Translations under genes and position numbers: made by a program
Notes under the pieces: generated by a model
What the model was told of the DNA's origin: nothing
What the model saw: the letters and a program-made list of their open reading frames with translations, nothing else
Databases searched by the model: none
Source: Chloroflexota bacterium
Lineage (GTDB): Bacteria > Chloroflexota > Dehalococcoidia > SM23-28-2 > RBG-16-64-32
Direction of reading: 5' to 3'
Assembly: GCA_029262695.1 (NCBI GenBank)
Contig: JAJCYV010000004.1
Location: 2,807-66,806, forward strand
DNA: 64,000 bases
In this document: positions 38,544-48,020 of the stretch, one piece after another
Numbering within the stretch: position 1 is the stretch's first letter
How the letters are laid out: each line of letters starts with the position of its first letter

Positions 38544-39584
38544 ATGGTCAAAATCGGAATCATAAACGTGACGGGGTACGCCGGCGCCGAACTGGCGCGC
38601 CTGCTGTACAACCATCCCGAGGCGGAGGTCGCCTCCGTCACCGGCCGCAGCGAGGCCGGCAAGAAGCTCGCCGAAGTCTTCCCGCACCTCGCGTCTTACG
38701 ATCTCACGATCGAGCCGGAACTCGCGTCGGGCGTCGACTTCGCTTTCTCGGCGCTGCCGCACGCCGCCAGCGCCGAGGCCTGCGCGCCGCTCGTCCGCGC
38801 CGGCGTGCCGGTCGTCGATATCAGCGCCGACTTCCGGCTCCACGACGCCGCCGTCTACAGCGAGTGGTACGGCGGCGAGCACCCGGCGCAGGACCTGCTC
38901 CCGGACGCCGCCTACGGCCTGCCGGAGCTCCACCGCGAGGCGATCAGCGGCGCGAAGCTCGTCGCCAACCCGGGCTGCTACCCCGAGAGCGCGATCCTGG
39001 CGCTGGCGCCAGCCGTCAAAGCCGGCATCATCGGCCCGGAGATCATCATCGACTCCAAGTCGGGTGTCTCCGGCGCCGGCCGCGGCCTGAAGCAAAATCT
39101 ACAGTTAGGCGAGGCCGGAGAGAGCGTCTCGGCGTACGGCCTCGATGGTCACCGCCACTGGCCGGAGATCCACCAGGAGATAACGGCGATCTGGCCGGAG
39201 GGGACGGCGCCGAAGATCACGTTCACGCCTCACCTGATCCCGATGACGCGCGGCATTCTGACCACGGCCTACGCGCCGATCGTTCCCGGCGCTCTGCCGG
39301 AGGGGGACGCCGGCAAGTCCGCCGCGCGCGACATCTACGACCAGTTCTACAACGACGAGCCGTTCGTACGCGTTGCCGGTTCGCCGCCGGCGACGAAGCA
39401 GACGCGCGGCAGCAACATGTGCCTCGTCTTCCCGACGGTCGACGTCCGAACCGGCCGTCTCGTCGTCGTGAGCGTCCTCGACAACCTGGTCAAGGGTGCG
39501 GCGGGACAGGCCGTACAGAACATGAACCTGATGCTGGGCATGCCGGAGACGACAGCGCTCGACATGCCCGCGGTATACCCGTAA
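38544..39584 (+). CDS. argC: N-acetyl-gamma-glutamyl-phosphate reductase
   Basis: The protein begins MVKIGIINVTGYAGAELARLL... and contains the catalytic Cys in GCYPE. It follows a GGAGAAG RBS. Confidence 0.9.
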   Translation: MVKIGIINVTGYAGAELARLLYNHPEAEVASVTGRSEAGKKLAEVFPHLASYDLTIEPELASGVDFAFSALPHAASAEACAPLVRAGVPVVDISADFRLHDAAVYSEWYGGEHPAQDLLPDAAYGLPELHREAISGAKLVANPGCYPESAILALAPAVKAGIIGPEIIIDSKSGVSGAGRGLKQNLQLGEAGESVSAYGLDGHRHWPEIHQEITAIWPEGTAPKITFTPHLIPMTRGILTTAYAPIVPGALPEGDAGKSAARDIYDQFYNDEPFVRVAGSPPATKQTRGSNMCLVFPTVDVRTGRLVVVSVLDNLVKGAAGQAVQNMNLMLGMPETTALDMPAVYP

Positions 39585-39607
39585 TGGGCCCCGAGATGGA
39601 GGAAGAA

Positions 39608-40843
39608 ATGGTTACAGCCAACGCACAAGCAACGAAGATCGAGATCATCGGAGACGGCGGCGTCACGTCGCCGCAGGGCTTCACGGCCGGCGGCGTGCAC
39701 GTCGGCGTCCGCAGCGACTGGACGAAGGTGGACGTCGGCCTCGTCTATTCGGAGGCGCCGTGCACCACGGCCGCCGTCTACACGAGCAACACGCTGAAGG
39801 CGGCGCCGCTGCTCATCACGCGGGAACACCTGAACAACGGCGGCGCGCAGGCGATAGTAGCCAACTCCGGCTGCGCCAACGCCGCTACCGGTGCGAAGGG
39901 CGCCGAAAACGCCGTCACGATGGCGAAGCTCGCCGCCGACAAGCTCGGGGTCGAGCCGGCCGACGTTGTCGTCGCCTCTACAGGCGTCATCGGCACGCAA
40001 CTGCCGATGGACCGCATCGCAAAGGGCGTCGCGGAGACGAAGCTGACCGGCGATGGCGGCGGCGACTTCGCGGTGTCGATCATGACGACCGATACCGTCA
40101 AGAAGCAGATCGCCGTCAAGTTCGGCGGCTGGACACTCGGTGCGGCCTGCAAGGGCGTCGGTATGATCCACCCGAACATGGCGACGATGCTCTGCTTCAT
40201 GTCGACCGACGCGCCCGTCGAGGGGGCGTTCCTTTCGTCGGCTCTGAAGGAGGCGGTGGACGTCTCGTTCAACATGGTCGATATCGACAACGACACGAGC
40301 ACGAACGACATGGCGATCGTCCTCGCCAACGGCCTCGCGGGAGGCGATCCGATCACCGGTGGGCACCCCGACGCGGAGGCGTTCCAGAAGGCCCTGACGC
40401 TCGTCTGCACGAGCATGGCGCGGATGATGGTGAGCGACGCCGAGGGTGGCACGAAGCTGATCGAGACGAAGGTGGAAGGCGCCGCCAGCCCCGCCGACGC
40501 CCGCAAGGCGGCCCGCGAAGTCGTGACGTCGATCGGCGTCAAGACCGCGATCTACGGCGAGGACGCCAACTGGGGCCGCATCCTGGCGGCGATCGGTAAC
40601 AGCGGCGCCGCCTGGTCCGAACCGGCGACGGCGCTCTACCTGGCCCACCCGGACGGCGGCGAGGTCTGCCTCTACCGCGAAGGCGCGCCCCAGGACTACG
40701 ACGTGACTGTGGCCAAGGCCTGCCTCGCGCCGGCCGAGGTGCTGGTGCGGATCGAGTTGGGTCAGGGCGCGGGCGAGGCCACTGCCTGGGGCTCCGACCT
40801 CACCGAGGAGTTCGTGCGACTCAACAGCGAGTACACGACGTAG
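39608..40843 (+). CDS. argJ: Bifunctional glutamate N-acetyltransferase / amino-acid acetyltransferase ArgJ
   Basis: This ATG follows GGAGGAAGAA; the alternative start at 39584 overlaps the argC stop. It has the conserved ATML autoproteolysis site (NMATMLCF). Confidence 0.85.
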   Translation: MVTANAQATKIEIIGDGGVTSPQGFTAGGVHVGVRSDWTKVDVGLVYSEAPCTTAAVYTSNTLKAAPLLITREHLNNGGAQAIVANSGCANAATGAKGAENAVTMAKLAADKLGVEPADVVVASTGVIGTQLPMDRIAKGVAETKLTGDGGGDFAVSIMTTDTVKKQIAVKFGGWTLGAACKGVGMIHPNMATMLCFMSTDAPVEGAFLSSALKEAVDVSFNMVDIDNDTSTNDMAIVLANGLAGGDPITGGHPDAEAFQKALTLVCTSMARMMVSDAEGGTKLIETKVEGAASPADARKAAREVVTSIGVKTAIYGEDANWGRILAAIGNSGAAWSEPATALYLAHPDGGEVCLYREGAPQDYDVTVAKACLAPAEVLVRIELGQGAGEATAWGSDLTEEFVRLNSEYTT

Positions 40844-40943
40844 CTGGTAGCCGGGGGGGCGTAGCTGCATGCCTTCAGGCTTGCCGGGGCGGGGTGGCAC
40901 GAAGAACGAACAAAGGACTAGAGGTTAGGAGACTAGGAGAAGG

Positions 40944-41723
40944 ATGACCGACATCATCGTCGCCAAGATCGGCGGCTCGACGCTGGGGGGCCACGACACG
41001 ACGCTCGACGACGTGGCGGAGCTGGCACGCCGTGGCGCGCGGCCTGTGATCGTCCACGGCGGCGGAGCGCTGATCAGCGACTGGCTGAAGCGCCTCGGCG
41101 TGCCGACGACGTTCGAGAAGGGGCTGCGCGTCACCGACGCCGCCTCGCTGGATGTGGTCGTCGGCGTGCTCTGCGGACTCGTGAACAAGGGGCTCGTCGC
41201 GGCGCTCCAGGGCCGCGGTGCCTCCGCGCACGGACTATCCGGCGCGGACGGCGGCCTCCTGCAGGCGGCCGTCCGCGATCCGGCGCTGGGCTTCGTCGGC
41301 GAGATAACAGCGGTCGATCCGACGGCCGTCCTGCGGATCATCGAGGGCGGCGCCGTGCCGGTGATCGCGCCCGTCGGCATCGAATACAGGGACGGCCGAG
41401 CGACCGGCCAGCTCCTCAACATCAACGCCGACACAGCGGCCGGTGCGATCGCCGCGGCCATCGGCGCCGGCGCGCTGGCGTTCCTCACCGACGTCCCCGG
41501 CGTCAAGTCCGGCGGGCGTGTCCTGGAGGCGCTCTCGGCGGCGGAGGCGCACGAGCTGACGGGCGCGGGCGTCATCGAAGGCGGTATGATTCCAAAGGTC
41601 GAAGCCTGCCTGCAGGTCGCGGCCGCCGGCAGCCGCGCGGTCATCGTCGATGGCCGCGAAGAGCACGCGCTCATCAGCGTCGCTGAAGGCGCGCAGGCCG
41701 GGACAAGCGTAGGCCAGGAGTGA
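40944..41723 (+). CDS. argB: Acetylglutamate kinase
   Basis: It begins with IVAKIGGSTLG, the amino-acid-kinase family signature, and follows an AGGAGAAGG RBS. Confidence 0.9.
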   Translation: MTDIIVAKIGGSTLGGHDTTLDDVAELARRGARPVIVHGGGALISDWLKRLGVPTTFEKGLRVTDAASLDVVVGVLCGLVNKGLVAALQGRGASAHGLSGADGGLLQAAVRDPALGFVGEITAVDPTAVLRIIEGGAVPVIAPVGIEYRDGRATGQLLNINADTAAGAIAAAIGAGALAFLTDVPGVKSGGRVLEALSAAEAHELTGAGVIEGGMIPKVEACLQVAAAGSRAVIVDGREEHALISVAEGAQAGTSVGQE

Positions 41724-41725
41724 AC

Positions 41726-42925
41726 ATGCAGACGGAAAACTGGATCGAGATCGAGCACGACTACTACCTGCAGACGGCGAAACGGCTGCCGGTGGTGCTC
41801 GAGCGCGGCGAAGGCACCATCGTCTGGGACAGCGACGGCAAGCAGTACCTCGACTTCGTCGGCGGCATCGCCGTCACCAGCCTCGGCCACGCCAACCCCG
41901 TGATCGTCGAGGCTCTGACGCGGCAGGCGCAGAAGCTCATCACAGTGTCGAACCTCTACTACACCGTGCCTCAGCTCAAGCTGGCGCAGCTGCTGTGCGA
42001 GAGCAGCGGCATGGACAAGGCGTTCTTCTGCAACAGCGGCGCCGAGGCCGTCGAGGGGCTGATAAAGCTCGCCCGCAAGTGGGGCAAGGAGAAGCGCGAC
42101 GGCGCCTACGAGATCATCGTCGCCGAAAACGCCTTTCACGGCCGCACCCTGGCGACGGTCGCCGCCTCCGCCAACGAGCGCTACCGCGCGCCGTTCACGC
42201 CGCTGCCGGAGGGCTTCGTCCGCGTCCCCTATAACGACGCCGAGGCGATCAAGGCCGCGACGACCGGCAAGACCGTCGCCGTGCTCCTGGAGCCGTTGCA
42301 GGGTGAGGGCGGCGTCAACGTCCCGGACGACGGCTACCTGACCGCCGTTCGTAGCTGGTGCGACGAGGCCGGCATCCTGCTCCTCCTCGACGAGGTGCAG
42401 ACCGGCGCCGGCCGCACGGGCAAGCTGTTCTGCTTCCAGCACTACGGTATCGAGCCCGACGCGCTGGCGGTGGCCAAGGCGCTCGCCGGCGGCGTGCCGA
42501 TCGGCGCCTTCATGACGAAGGACAGCGCTGCGCTCCTGGGCCCCGGCGAACACGGCACGACGTTCGGCGGCAACGCCCTGGCCTGCGAGGTCGGCTACTC
42601 CGTGCTCAAGCACATGATCGACAACGACTTGCCGGCGCAGGTGACGAAGCGCGGCCAGCACCTGGAGCGCCGCCTCAGCTCGCTCGCCGACCGCCAGCCG
42701 ATGGTCACGGAGGTGCGCGGGAAGGGCCTGATCTGGGCGATCGAACTGGACCGCCCGGCCGCGGAGGCCGCCGTCGGGCGTTGCCTGGAGGAAGGGCTCC
42801 TCATCAACGGCGTCAAGCCGACGGCGCTGCGCTTCGTGCCGCCGTTCACCGTGAGCGAAGAAGAACTGGACCGCGCCGTCAACATCGTCGAGCGTGTGCT
42901 GGGCGAGATATCCGAGGAGAAGTAA
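41726..42925 (+). CDS. argD: Acetylornithine aminotransferase (class III PLP aminotransferase)
   Basis: This ATG follows AGGAG; the alternative is a GTG at 41720. It has the PLP-lysine region (LLLLDEVQTGAGRTG...). Confidence 0.85.
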   Translation: MQTENWIEIEHDYYLQTAKRLPVVLERGEGTIVWDSDGKQYLDFVGGIAVTSLGHANPVIVEALTRQAQKLITVSNLYYTVPQLKLAQLLCESSGMDKAFFCNSGAEAVEGLIKLARKWGKEKRDGAYEIIVAENAFHGRTLATVAASANERYRAPFTPLPEGFVRVPYNDAEAIKAATTGKTVAVLLEPLQGEGGVNVPDDGYLTAVRSWCDEAGILLLLDEVQTGAGRTGKLFCFQHYGIEPDALAVAKALAGGVPIGAFMTKDSAALLGPGEHGTTFGGNALACEVGYSVLKHMIDNDLPAQVTKRGQHLERRLSSLADRQPMVTEVRGKGLIWAIELDRPAAEAAVGRCLEEGLLINGVKPTALRFVPPFTVSEEELDRAVNIVERVLGEISEEK

Positions 42926-44124
42926 TGGCTGAGAAGATCGTACTGGCGTACTCCGGCGGGCTCGACACGGCCGTTGCCATACGCTGGCTCAAGGAAGAAA
43001 AGGGATACGACGTCGTCGCGCTGACCGTCGACGTGGGCATGGACCGCCAGCGCGAGGAGTTGCAATCTCGGGCGATGGCCGCCGGCGCTGCGAGCTTCGA
43101 ATGGAGCGACGTGCAGGACGACTTCGTGCGGCACTTCGTCTTCCCGGCGGTGATGGCCGGCGCAAAGTACCAGGGCGTCTACCCGCTGGCCACCGCTCTC
43201 TCGCGGCCGCTGATCGCGCGTGAGATGGTCGAAGTCGCCCGCCGCGAGGGCGCAACCGCCGTCGCGCACGGCTGCACGGCCAAGGGCAACGACCAGGTGC
43301 GCCTCGACGTCTCCGTGCAGGCGCTGGCACCCGACCTGACGATCGTCGCGCCGCTCCGCGAGTGGGACATGGTCCGCGAGACTCAGATCGACTACGCCCA
43401 CGAGCACAACATCCCGATCAACGTCACCAAGAAGAGCCCTTACAGCATCGACGAAAACCTCTACGGCCGCAGCATAGAGGCCGGCTCCCTCGAAGACCCC
43501 TGGACGGAGCCGCCGGACGACGTCTGGCTCTGGACGAAGTCGCCCGCGGACGCCCCGGACGAAGCGGCTTACGTGGAGATCGGCTTCGAGCAGGGCGTCC
43601 CGACGACTCTCGGTGGCGAGGCGACGGATCCCGTCGGGCTGATCAACGCGCTCAGCGCGATCGCCGGTGAGCACGGCGTCGGGCGCATCGATACAGTCGA
43701 GGACCGCCTCGTCGGCATCAAGTCACGCGAGGTCTACGAAGCGCCCGCCGGCGTCACGCTGCTCGTCGCCCACGAGGCGATCGAGTCGCTTGCTCTGTCG
43801 AAGGAGCAACGGCGCTTCAAGGCGCAGGTCGCACAGGAGTACGCGGACCTCGTCTACAACGGGCTCTGGTACGGGACGCACCACCAGGACCTGCAAGCCT
43901 ACATCCGGAGCACACAGCGTCACGTCAGCGGCACGGCACGCCTCAAGCTACACAAGGGCGCCGTCACCGTCGTTGGGCGCAGGTCGCCGCGGAGCCTGTA
44001 CGACTTCGAACTGGCCACGTACGACAAGGCCGACCAGTTCGACCGCACAGCCGCCGTCGGCTTCATTGACATCTGGGGCCTGCCCGTAAAGGTGCAGTCG
44101 CAGGCGCAGCGCTCCGACGAATAG
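42925..44124 (+). CDS. argG: Argininosuccinate synthase
   Basis: The ATG overlaps the argD stop (TAATG). It begins IVLAYSGGLDTAV, the PP-loop motif. Confidence 0.9.
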   Translation: MAEKIVLAYSGGLDTAVAIRWLKEEKGYDVVALTVDVGMDRQREELQSRAMAAGAASFEWSDVQDDFVRHFVFPAVMAGAKYQGVYPLATALSRPLIAREMVEVARREGATAVAHGCTAKGNDQVRLDVSVQALAPDLTIVAPLREWDMVRETQIDYAHEHNIPINVTKKSPYSIDENLYGRSIEAGSLEDPWTEPPDDVWLWTKSPADAPDEAAYVEIGFEQGVPTTLGGEATDPVGLINALSAIAGEHGVGRIDTVEDRLVGIKSREVYEAPAGVTLLVAHEAIESLALSKEQRRFKAQVAQEYADLVYNGLWYGTHHQDLQAYIRSTQRHVSGTARLKLHKGAVTVVGRRSPRSLYDFELATYDKADQFDRTAAVGFIDIWGLPVKVQSQAQRSDE

Positions 44125-44133
44125 CGTCCGTGG

Positions 44134-44160
44134 TATAATTCCTCCGGATATATACGGAGG
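44134..44160 (+). promoter_or_regulatory. AT-rich promoter (-10 TATAAT) with an adjacent perfect palindrome CCTCCG-gatatata-CGGAGG; probable autoregulatory operator of the inserted vapBC cassette
   Basis: The consensus -10 and AT-rich loop stand out in a 70% GC background. The palindrome sits between the -10 and the antitoxin ATG. Confidence 0.5.
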
Positions 44161-44170
44161 TTTTCCAGCG

Positions 44171-44449
44171 ATGGCCAAAGACAAGCGAGTAGAGGTGCTA
44201 TTCGAGTCGCAGCAGTACAAGCGGCTGGAGGAGGTCGCCCAGCGCGAGGGCAAGGCCGTCGGCGCATTAATCCGCGAGGCGGTAGCGAAGTACGTCGTGG
44301 CGCCGTCGGAGGAGGAGCGGGAGCGCGCGTGGGAGCACTTTTTCTCGCTGGTGGGGAAGGGCGGCCCGTCTGGTTCGCCGGAGGAGATCAAGGAAGAGAT
44401 CTTGAAGGGCTACGACGAGGACGACGCGCGGCTGTATGAAGCTGATTGA
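44171..44449 (+). CDS. Type II antitoxin (VapB-like, RHH/CopG-type)
   Basis: It is 92 aa (KRVEVLFESQQYKRLEEVAQREGKAVGALIREAV), lies immediately upstream of a PIN-domain gene and overlaps it by 14 nt. Confidence 0.6.
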   Translation: MAKDKRVEVLFESQQYKRLEEVAQREGKAVGALIREAVAKYVVAPSEEERERAWEHFFSLVGKGGPSGSPEEIKEEILKGYDEDDARLYEAD

Positions 44450-44849
44450 CACCAACATTTTCGTCTACTCGCTCGGGTCAGAACATCCCTACCGCGAGCC
44501 GTCGCTGGCAACTCTCAAGCGGATCCGCGAGGGCGAAATCGACGCCAACATCAGCACGGAGATACTGCAGGAGTTGCTTCACGTCTATCGCCGGCGGAAT
44601 CAGTTGCAGCTTGGGGTCGAGCTCTTCGACGACCTGGTTGGTCAGTTTCCGCAGCCGGTTCCAATCGTGGCGGCAACGGCGATCATAGCGAGGGACGTTC
44701 TGGAGCGGTATCCTTCTCTCCAGGCCCGCGATGCCTTCCACGCGGCGGTCGTCTTCGAGCACAACCTCGAAGGCATTATCTCCGCCGATCGAGCCTTCGA
44801 TCGTATCGAAGGCCTGAGGCGTTTCGATCCGAAGGAGCTTGTAGCATGA
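44436..44849 (+). CDS. vapC: PIN-domain toxin VapC
   Basis: The N-terminus is MKLIDTNIFVY, with conserved acidic residues. Confidence 0.7.
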   Translation: MKLIDTNIFVYSLGSEHPYREPSLATLKRIREGEIDANISTEILQELLHVYRRRNQLQLGVELFDDLVGQFPQPVPIVAATAIIARDVLERYPSLQARDAFHAAVVFEHNLEGIISADRAFDRIEGLRRFDPKELVA

Positions 44850-45310
44850 GCGGCGAAGTCCTGCACATCCACATCGCGCCCACCGCCGAAGCGACCCCCA
44901 TGCGTGTGAACTCGGTCCGCGCCGAACCCGGCCGCGGCCTCGAAGGCGATCGTTACTACGCGCGCGCCGGCACGTACTCCGAGAAGGGCGGCCCCGGCCG
45001 CGAGGTCACCCTGGTCGCCAGCGAAGCGATCGAGGCGCTGGAGGCTGAGTTCGGCGTCAAGCTGGCGCCGGGCCAGTCGCGACGTAACATCACGACGCTC
45101 GGCATCGACCTGAACGACTTCGTGGACAGGGAGTTCCGCGTGGGCGGGGTCGTGCTGCGCGGCGTGAGGCTGTGCGATCCGTGCGACCACCTCGAGGGCC
45201 TCGTCGGGCAGGCGAACACGACGTCCGGTCTCGAGAACCGGGGTGGTCTCCGCTGCGACATCGTCTCCGGCGGCACCATTCGCGTCGGCGACGAAATCAC
45301 GCCGGTCTGA
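44846..45310 (+). CDS. MOSC-domain protein
   Basis: It has the GLEGDRY motif and the conserved Cys (CDPCDHLE). Confidence 0.7.
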   Translation: MSGEVLHIHIAPTAEATPMRVNSVRAEPGRGLEGDRYYARAGTYSEKGGPGREVTLVASEAIEALEAEFGVKLAPGQSRRNITTLGIDLNDFVDREFRVGGVVLRGVRLCDPCDHLEGLVGQANTTSGLENRGGLRCDIVSGGTIRVGDEITPV

Positions 45311-45330
45311 GGTACCCGCGTAGCTTCGTC

Positions 45331-46194
45331 TTGCGTTCCAACCGTCGGAGATCCGAACTGCCACGCGTTCTCGCCGCCGTGCTCCTCCTCCTGGCTGCGC
45401 TCGCCGCCGCCTGCAGCGATGACGGCGGCGACGGCATGCCGCCCTCTGACATATCCTCAGCGGCCGCCGCGCCTTCGCCGACGGGCACGCTCACTCCGCC
45501 GCCCACGCTGACACCGTCGACCGCTCCAACGCCGACTGAGCCGGTGCTCACAGAGACGCCAGTGGGCGGCCCGGCGCAGGTCATCCGCTACGGCGACACT
45601 TCACGCAAGGTCGTCGCCTTCACCTTCGACGCGGGCTCCGACGCTGGCTATACGGCGATGATCCTCGACACGCTCAGCGCCAATGGCGTCCGCGTCAGCT
45701 TCGGGATGACGGGCAAGTGGGCCGAGACGTACCCCGGCCTGCTTGAGCGCATCGTCAGCGAGGGCCACACGCTGATCAACCACACCGACGGCCACAAGTC
45801 GTTCACGGGCAACTCCACCGGGACCGACGGCCTTTCCGAGGCCGCGCGCCGGGACGAGCTGAACCGCACCGAGCAGATCGTCAACGACCTGACCGGCGCC
45901 ACGACAAGGCCTTACTTTCGCCCGCCGTACGGCGACTTCGACGAGTCGGTCAACGTTGATATCGGCGCTCTGGGATACACCTACAACGTCATGTGGGCAG
46001 TCGACTCCCGTGGGTGGACCGGGATTCCCGCAGCCCAGATCGCGCAGCGCTGCATCGACCTCGCTGAGCCGGGCGCCATCTATGTGTTCCACGTCGGGTT
46101 GGCGTCCGAGGACGGCCCGGCCCTCCAGTCCATCATCGACGGCCTCCGCGCTCAGGCTTACGAGATCACCGACCTCCCCGGAGTGTTGGAGTAA
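45331..46194 (+). CDS. Polysaccharide deacetylase (NodB-homology/CE4) lipoprotein
   Basis: A TTG start gives the signal/lipobox LAAVLLLLAALAAAC; the start is uncertain. TFDAGSD is the CE4 motif 1, and HT..H gives the metal-binding histidines. Confidence 0.6.
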   Translation: MRSNRRRSELPRVLAAVLLLLAALAAACSDDGGDGMPPSDISSAAAAPSPTGTLTPPPTLTPSTAPTPTEPVLTETPVGGPAQVIRYGDTSRKVVAFTFDAGSDAGYTAMILDTLSANGVRVSFGMTGKWAETYPGLLERIVSEGHTLINHTDGHKSFTGNSTGTDGLSEAARRDELNRTEQIVNDLTGATTRPYFRPPYGDFDESVNVDIGALGYTYNVMWAVDSRGWTGIPAAQIAQRCIDLAEPGAIYVFHVGLASEDGPALQSIIDGLRAQAYEITDLPGVLE

Positions 46195-46221
46195 GCCGGG
46201 CGAACCGTTTACATTGGGGAC

Positions 46222-47004
46222 GTGGCCCCCATCACGACCGTCCTCTTCGACCTCGGACACACGCTCTGGCACCTGCCGGACATGCCGCCGCCGCGCGCCA
46301 TCCGCGGCGAGACGATGCGCCGCCTGGAGGCGCTGATCACCGGCTGGGGCTTCGAGATGAGCGGCGAGCGCCTGATGATTGGCCGCGACATCCGCCTCGC
46401 CGTCGAGGAGGAGACGCATCGCGCCTTCCACGGCGACTGCGTCGACCCCGGCTATCCGGAGCTCTGCCGCCGGATCGCGAAGGAGCACGACATGGAGCTG
46501 ACGCCGGAGCAGGGCGATGAGCTCTGGGAGGCCTGGAACCTGGGCGGCATCTTCCTCAACCGCCGGCTCTTCCCCGACGTCCTCGCGTCGCTGACCGCGC
46601 TGCGCGATCGCGGGTTCCGGCTCGCCAGCGTTACCAACCGCGGCTACAGCGGCCCCGACTTCTGGGAGGAGGTGCGGCAGCTCGGCCTCGAAGAACTCTT
46701 CGAGGCAGTCGTCGTCTCCTGCGACGTTGGCTACATGAAGCCGCACCCGCGCATCTACCAGGTCGCGATCGAGCGGCTCGGCGTCGAGGCGGCGGAGTGC
46801 TTGATGGTCGGCGACAACCTGCGCGCGGACGTCGAAGGGCCGAAGACGCTCGGCATGATGGCCGTCTGGCGCAGGCCACCCGCAGCCGAGCCGTCTGAGG
46901 CAACTGCGGACGAGGTCGAAACCGAAGGCCCGATCAAGCCCGACTACGCGATCGACCAGATCGCCGAACTGCTCGCTCTGCCGCCGCTACAGCCGCGCGC
47001 CTAG
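46222..47004 (+). CDS. HAD-superfamily hydrolase (subfamily IA-like)
   Basis: A GTG start is used. Motif I is FDLGHTLW (DxG variant), followed by SVTNRG and the C-terminal GDNLRADVEG. Confidence 0.65.
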   Translation: MAPITTVLFDLGHTLWHLPDMPPPRAIRGETMRRLEALITGWGFEMSGERLMIGRDIRLAVEEETHRAFHGDCVDPGYPELCRRIAKEHDMELTPEQGDELWEAWNLGGIFLNRRLFPDVLASLTALRDRGFRLASVTNRGYSGPDFWEEVRQLGLEELFEAVVVSCDVGYMKPHPRIYQVAIERLGVEAAECLMVGDNLRADVEGPKTLGMMAVWRRPPAAEPSEATADEVETEGPIKPDYAIDQIAELLALPPLQPRA

Positions 47005-47981
47005 ACGTGTCCAAGCACCCTGTGCGGGACGTACGGCTGCTCCAACTGCCTCACCTCTTCGCCTGACAGGCTGACCTCGGAGGCTGCGATCGCCTCTTCG
47101 AGCTGGTACATCTTGCTCGCGCCGACGATCGGCGCCGTGATGCCGGGCTTGTGCAGCATCCAGGCCAGCGCCACCTGCGCCGGCTTCAGGCCGCGGCCCT
47201 CGGCCAGAGTCTGCACCTCTCTCAGCACCGCGAAGTCGGCCTCCGAGTAGTACATGTAGTGCGCCATGTCGTCGGTCTTCGCGCGTGCCGTATCGCCGCC
47301 CTTGTCCGGCGTGCGGTTGGCGGCCAGGAAGCCGCGCGCCAGAGGGCTCCAGGGGATGATGCCGACGCCCTGGTCAAGGCAGAGCGGGATCATCTCGCGC
47401 TCCTCCTCGCGGTAGATCAGGTTGTAGTGGTTCTGCATCGTCACGAAGCGCGCCCAGCCGCGACGGTCCGAGATGAAGAGCGCCTTTGCCATCTGCCAGG
47501 CGTACATGCTCGACGCGCCGATGTAGCGTACCTTCCCCATGCGCACCAGGTCGTTGAGCGCCTCCAGCGTCTCCTCGATCGGCGTCGTCGGGTCCCAGCG
47601 GTGGATCTGGTAGAGGTCCACGTAGTCCGTCTGCAGCCGCCGCAGCGAACCGTCGATCGAATCGAAGATGTGCTTGCGGGAGAGGCCGCGCTGGTTCGGG
47701 CCGCCGCCCATCGGGCTGAACACCTTCGTTGCGATCACCACGTCGTCGCGCTTCGCGTACTCCTTCAGAGCCCGCCCCGTGACCTCCTCGCTCACGCCCA
47801 GCGAGTAGACATCGGCCGTGTCGAAGAAGTTGATCCCGGCCTCCAGCGCCTTCTTGTAGAACGGCTTCGAGTCCGCTTCTTCCAGCACCCAGTCACGCCA
47901 CTTTGTCGAGCCGTAAGTCATCGTGCCGAGGCAGATGCGCGAGACGCGAAGGCCGGTTGTGCCGAGCTGGACGTATTGCAT
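47001..47981 (-). CDS. Aldo/keto reductase family oxidoreductase
   Basis: Conserved motifs are present (INFFDTADVYS, catalytic Y/K, IGASSMYAWQ). It is antisense to the arg genes. Confidence 0.85.
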   Translation of the reverse strand: MQYVQLGTTGLRVSRICLGTMTYGSTKWRDWVLEEADSKPFYKKALEAGINFFDTADVYSLGVSEEVTGRALKEYAKRDDVVIATKVFSPMGGGPNQRGLSRKHIFDSIDGSLRRLQTDYVDLYQIHRWDPTTPIEETLEALNDLVRMGKVRYIGASSMYAWQMAKALFISDRRGWARFVTMQNHYNLIYREEEREMIPLCLDQGVGIIPWSPLARGFLAANRTPDKGGDTARAKTDDMAHYMYYSEADFAVLREVQTLAEGRGLKPAQVALAWMLHKPGITAPIVGASKMYQLEEAIAASEVSLSGEEVRQLEQPYVPHRVLGHV

Positions 47982-48020
47982 GGGGCGCTCCTGACGTTAG
48001 AGGCGAGTTACGCCCGTATA

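Noticed and set aside
40925-42661. 578-aa minus-strand ORF
   Set aside because: It is antisense to argB/argD, whose motifs are unambiguous.
45172-45330. Upstream ATG start for the CE4 deacetylase
   Set aside because: It would overlap the MOSC gene by about 140 nt. The downstream TTG gives a proper lipoprotein signal peptide instead.
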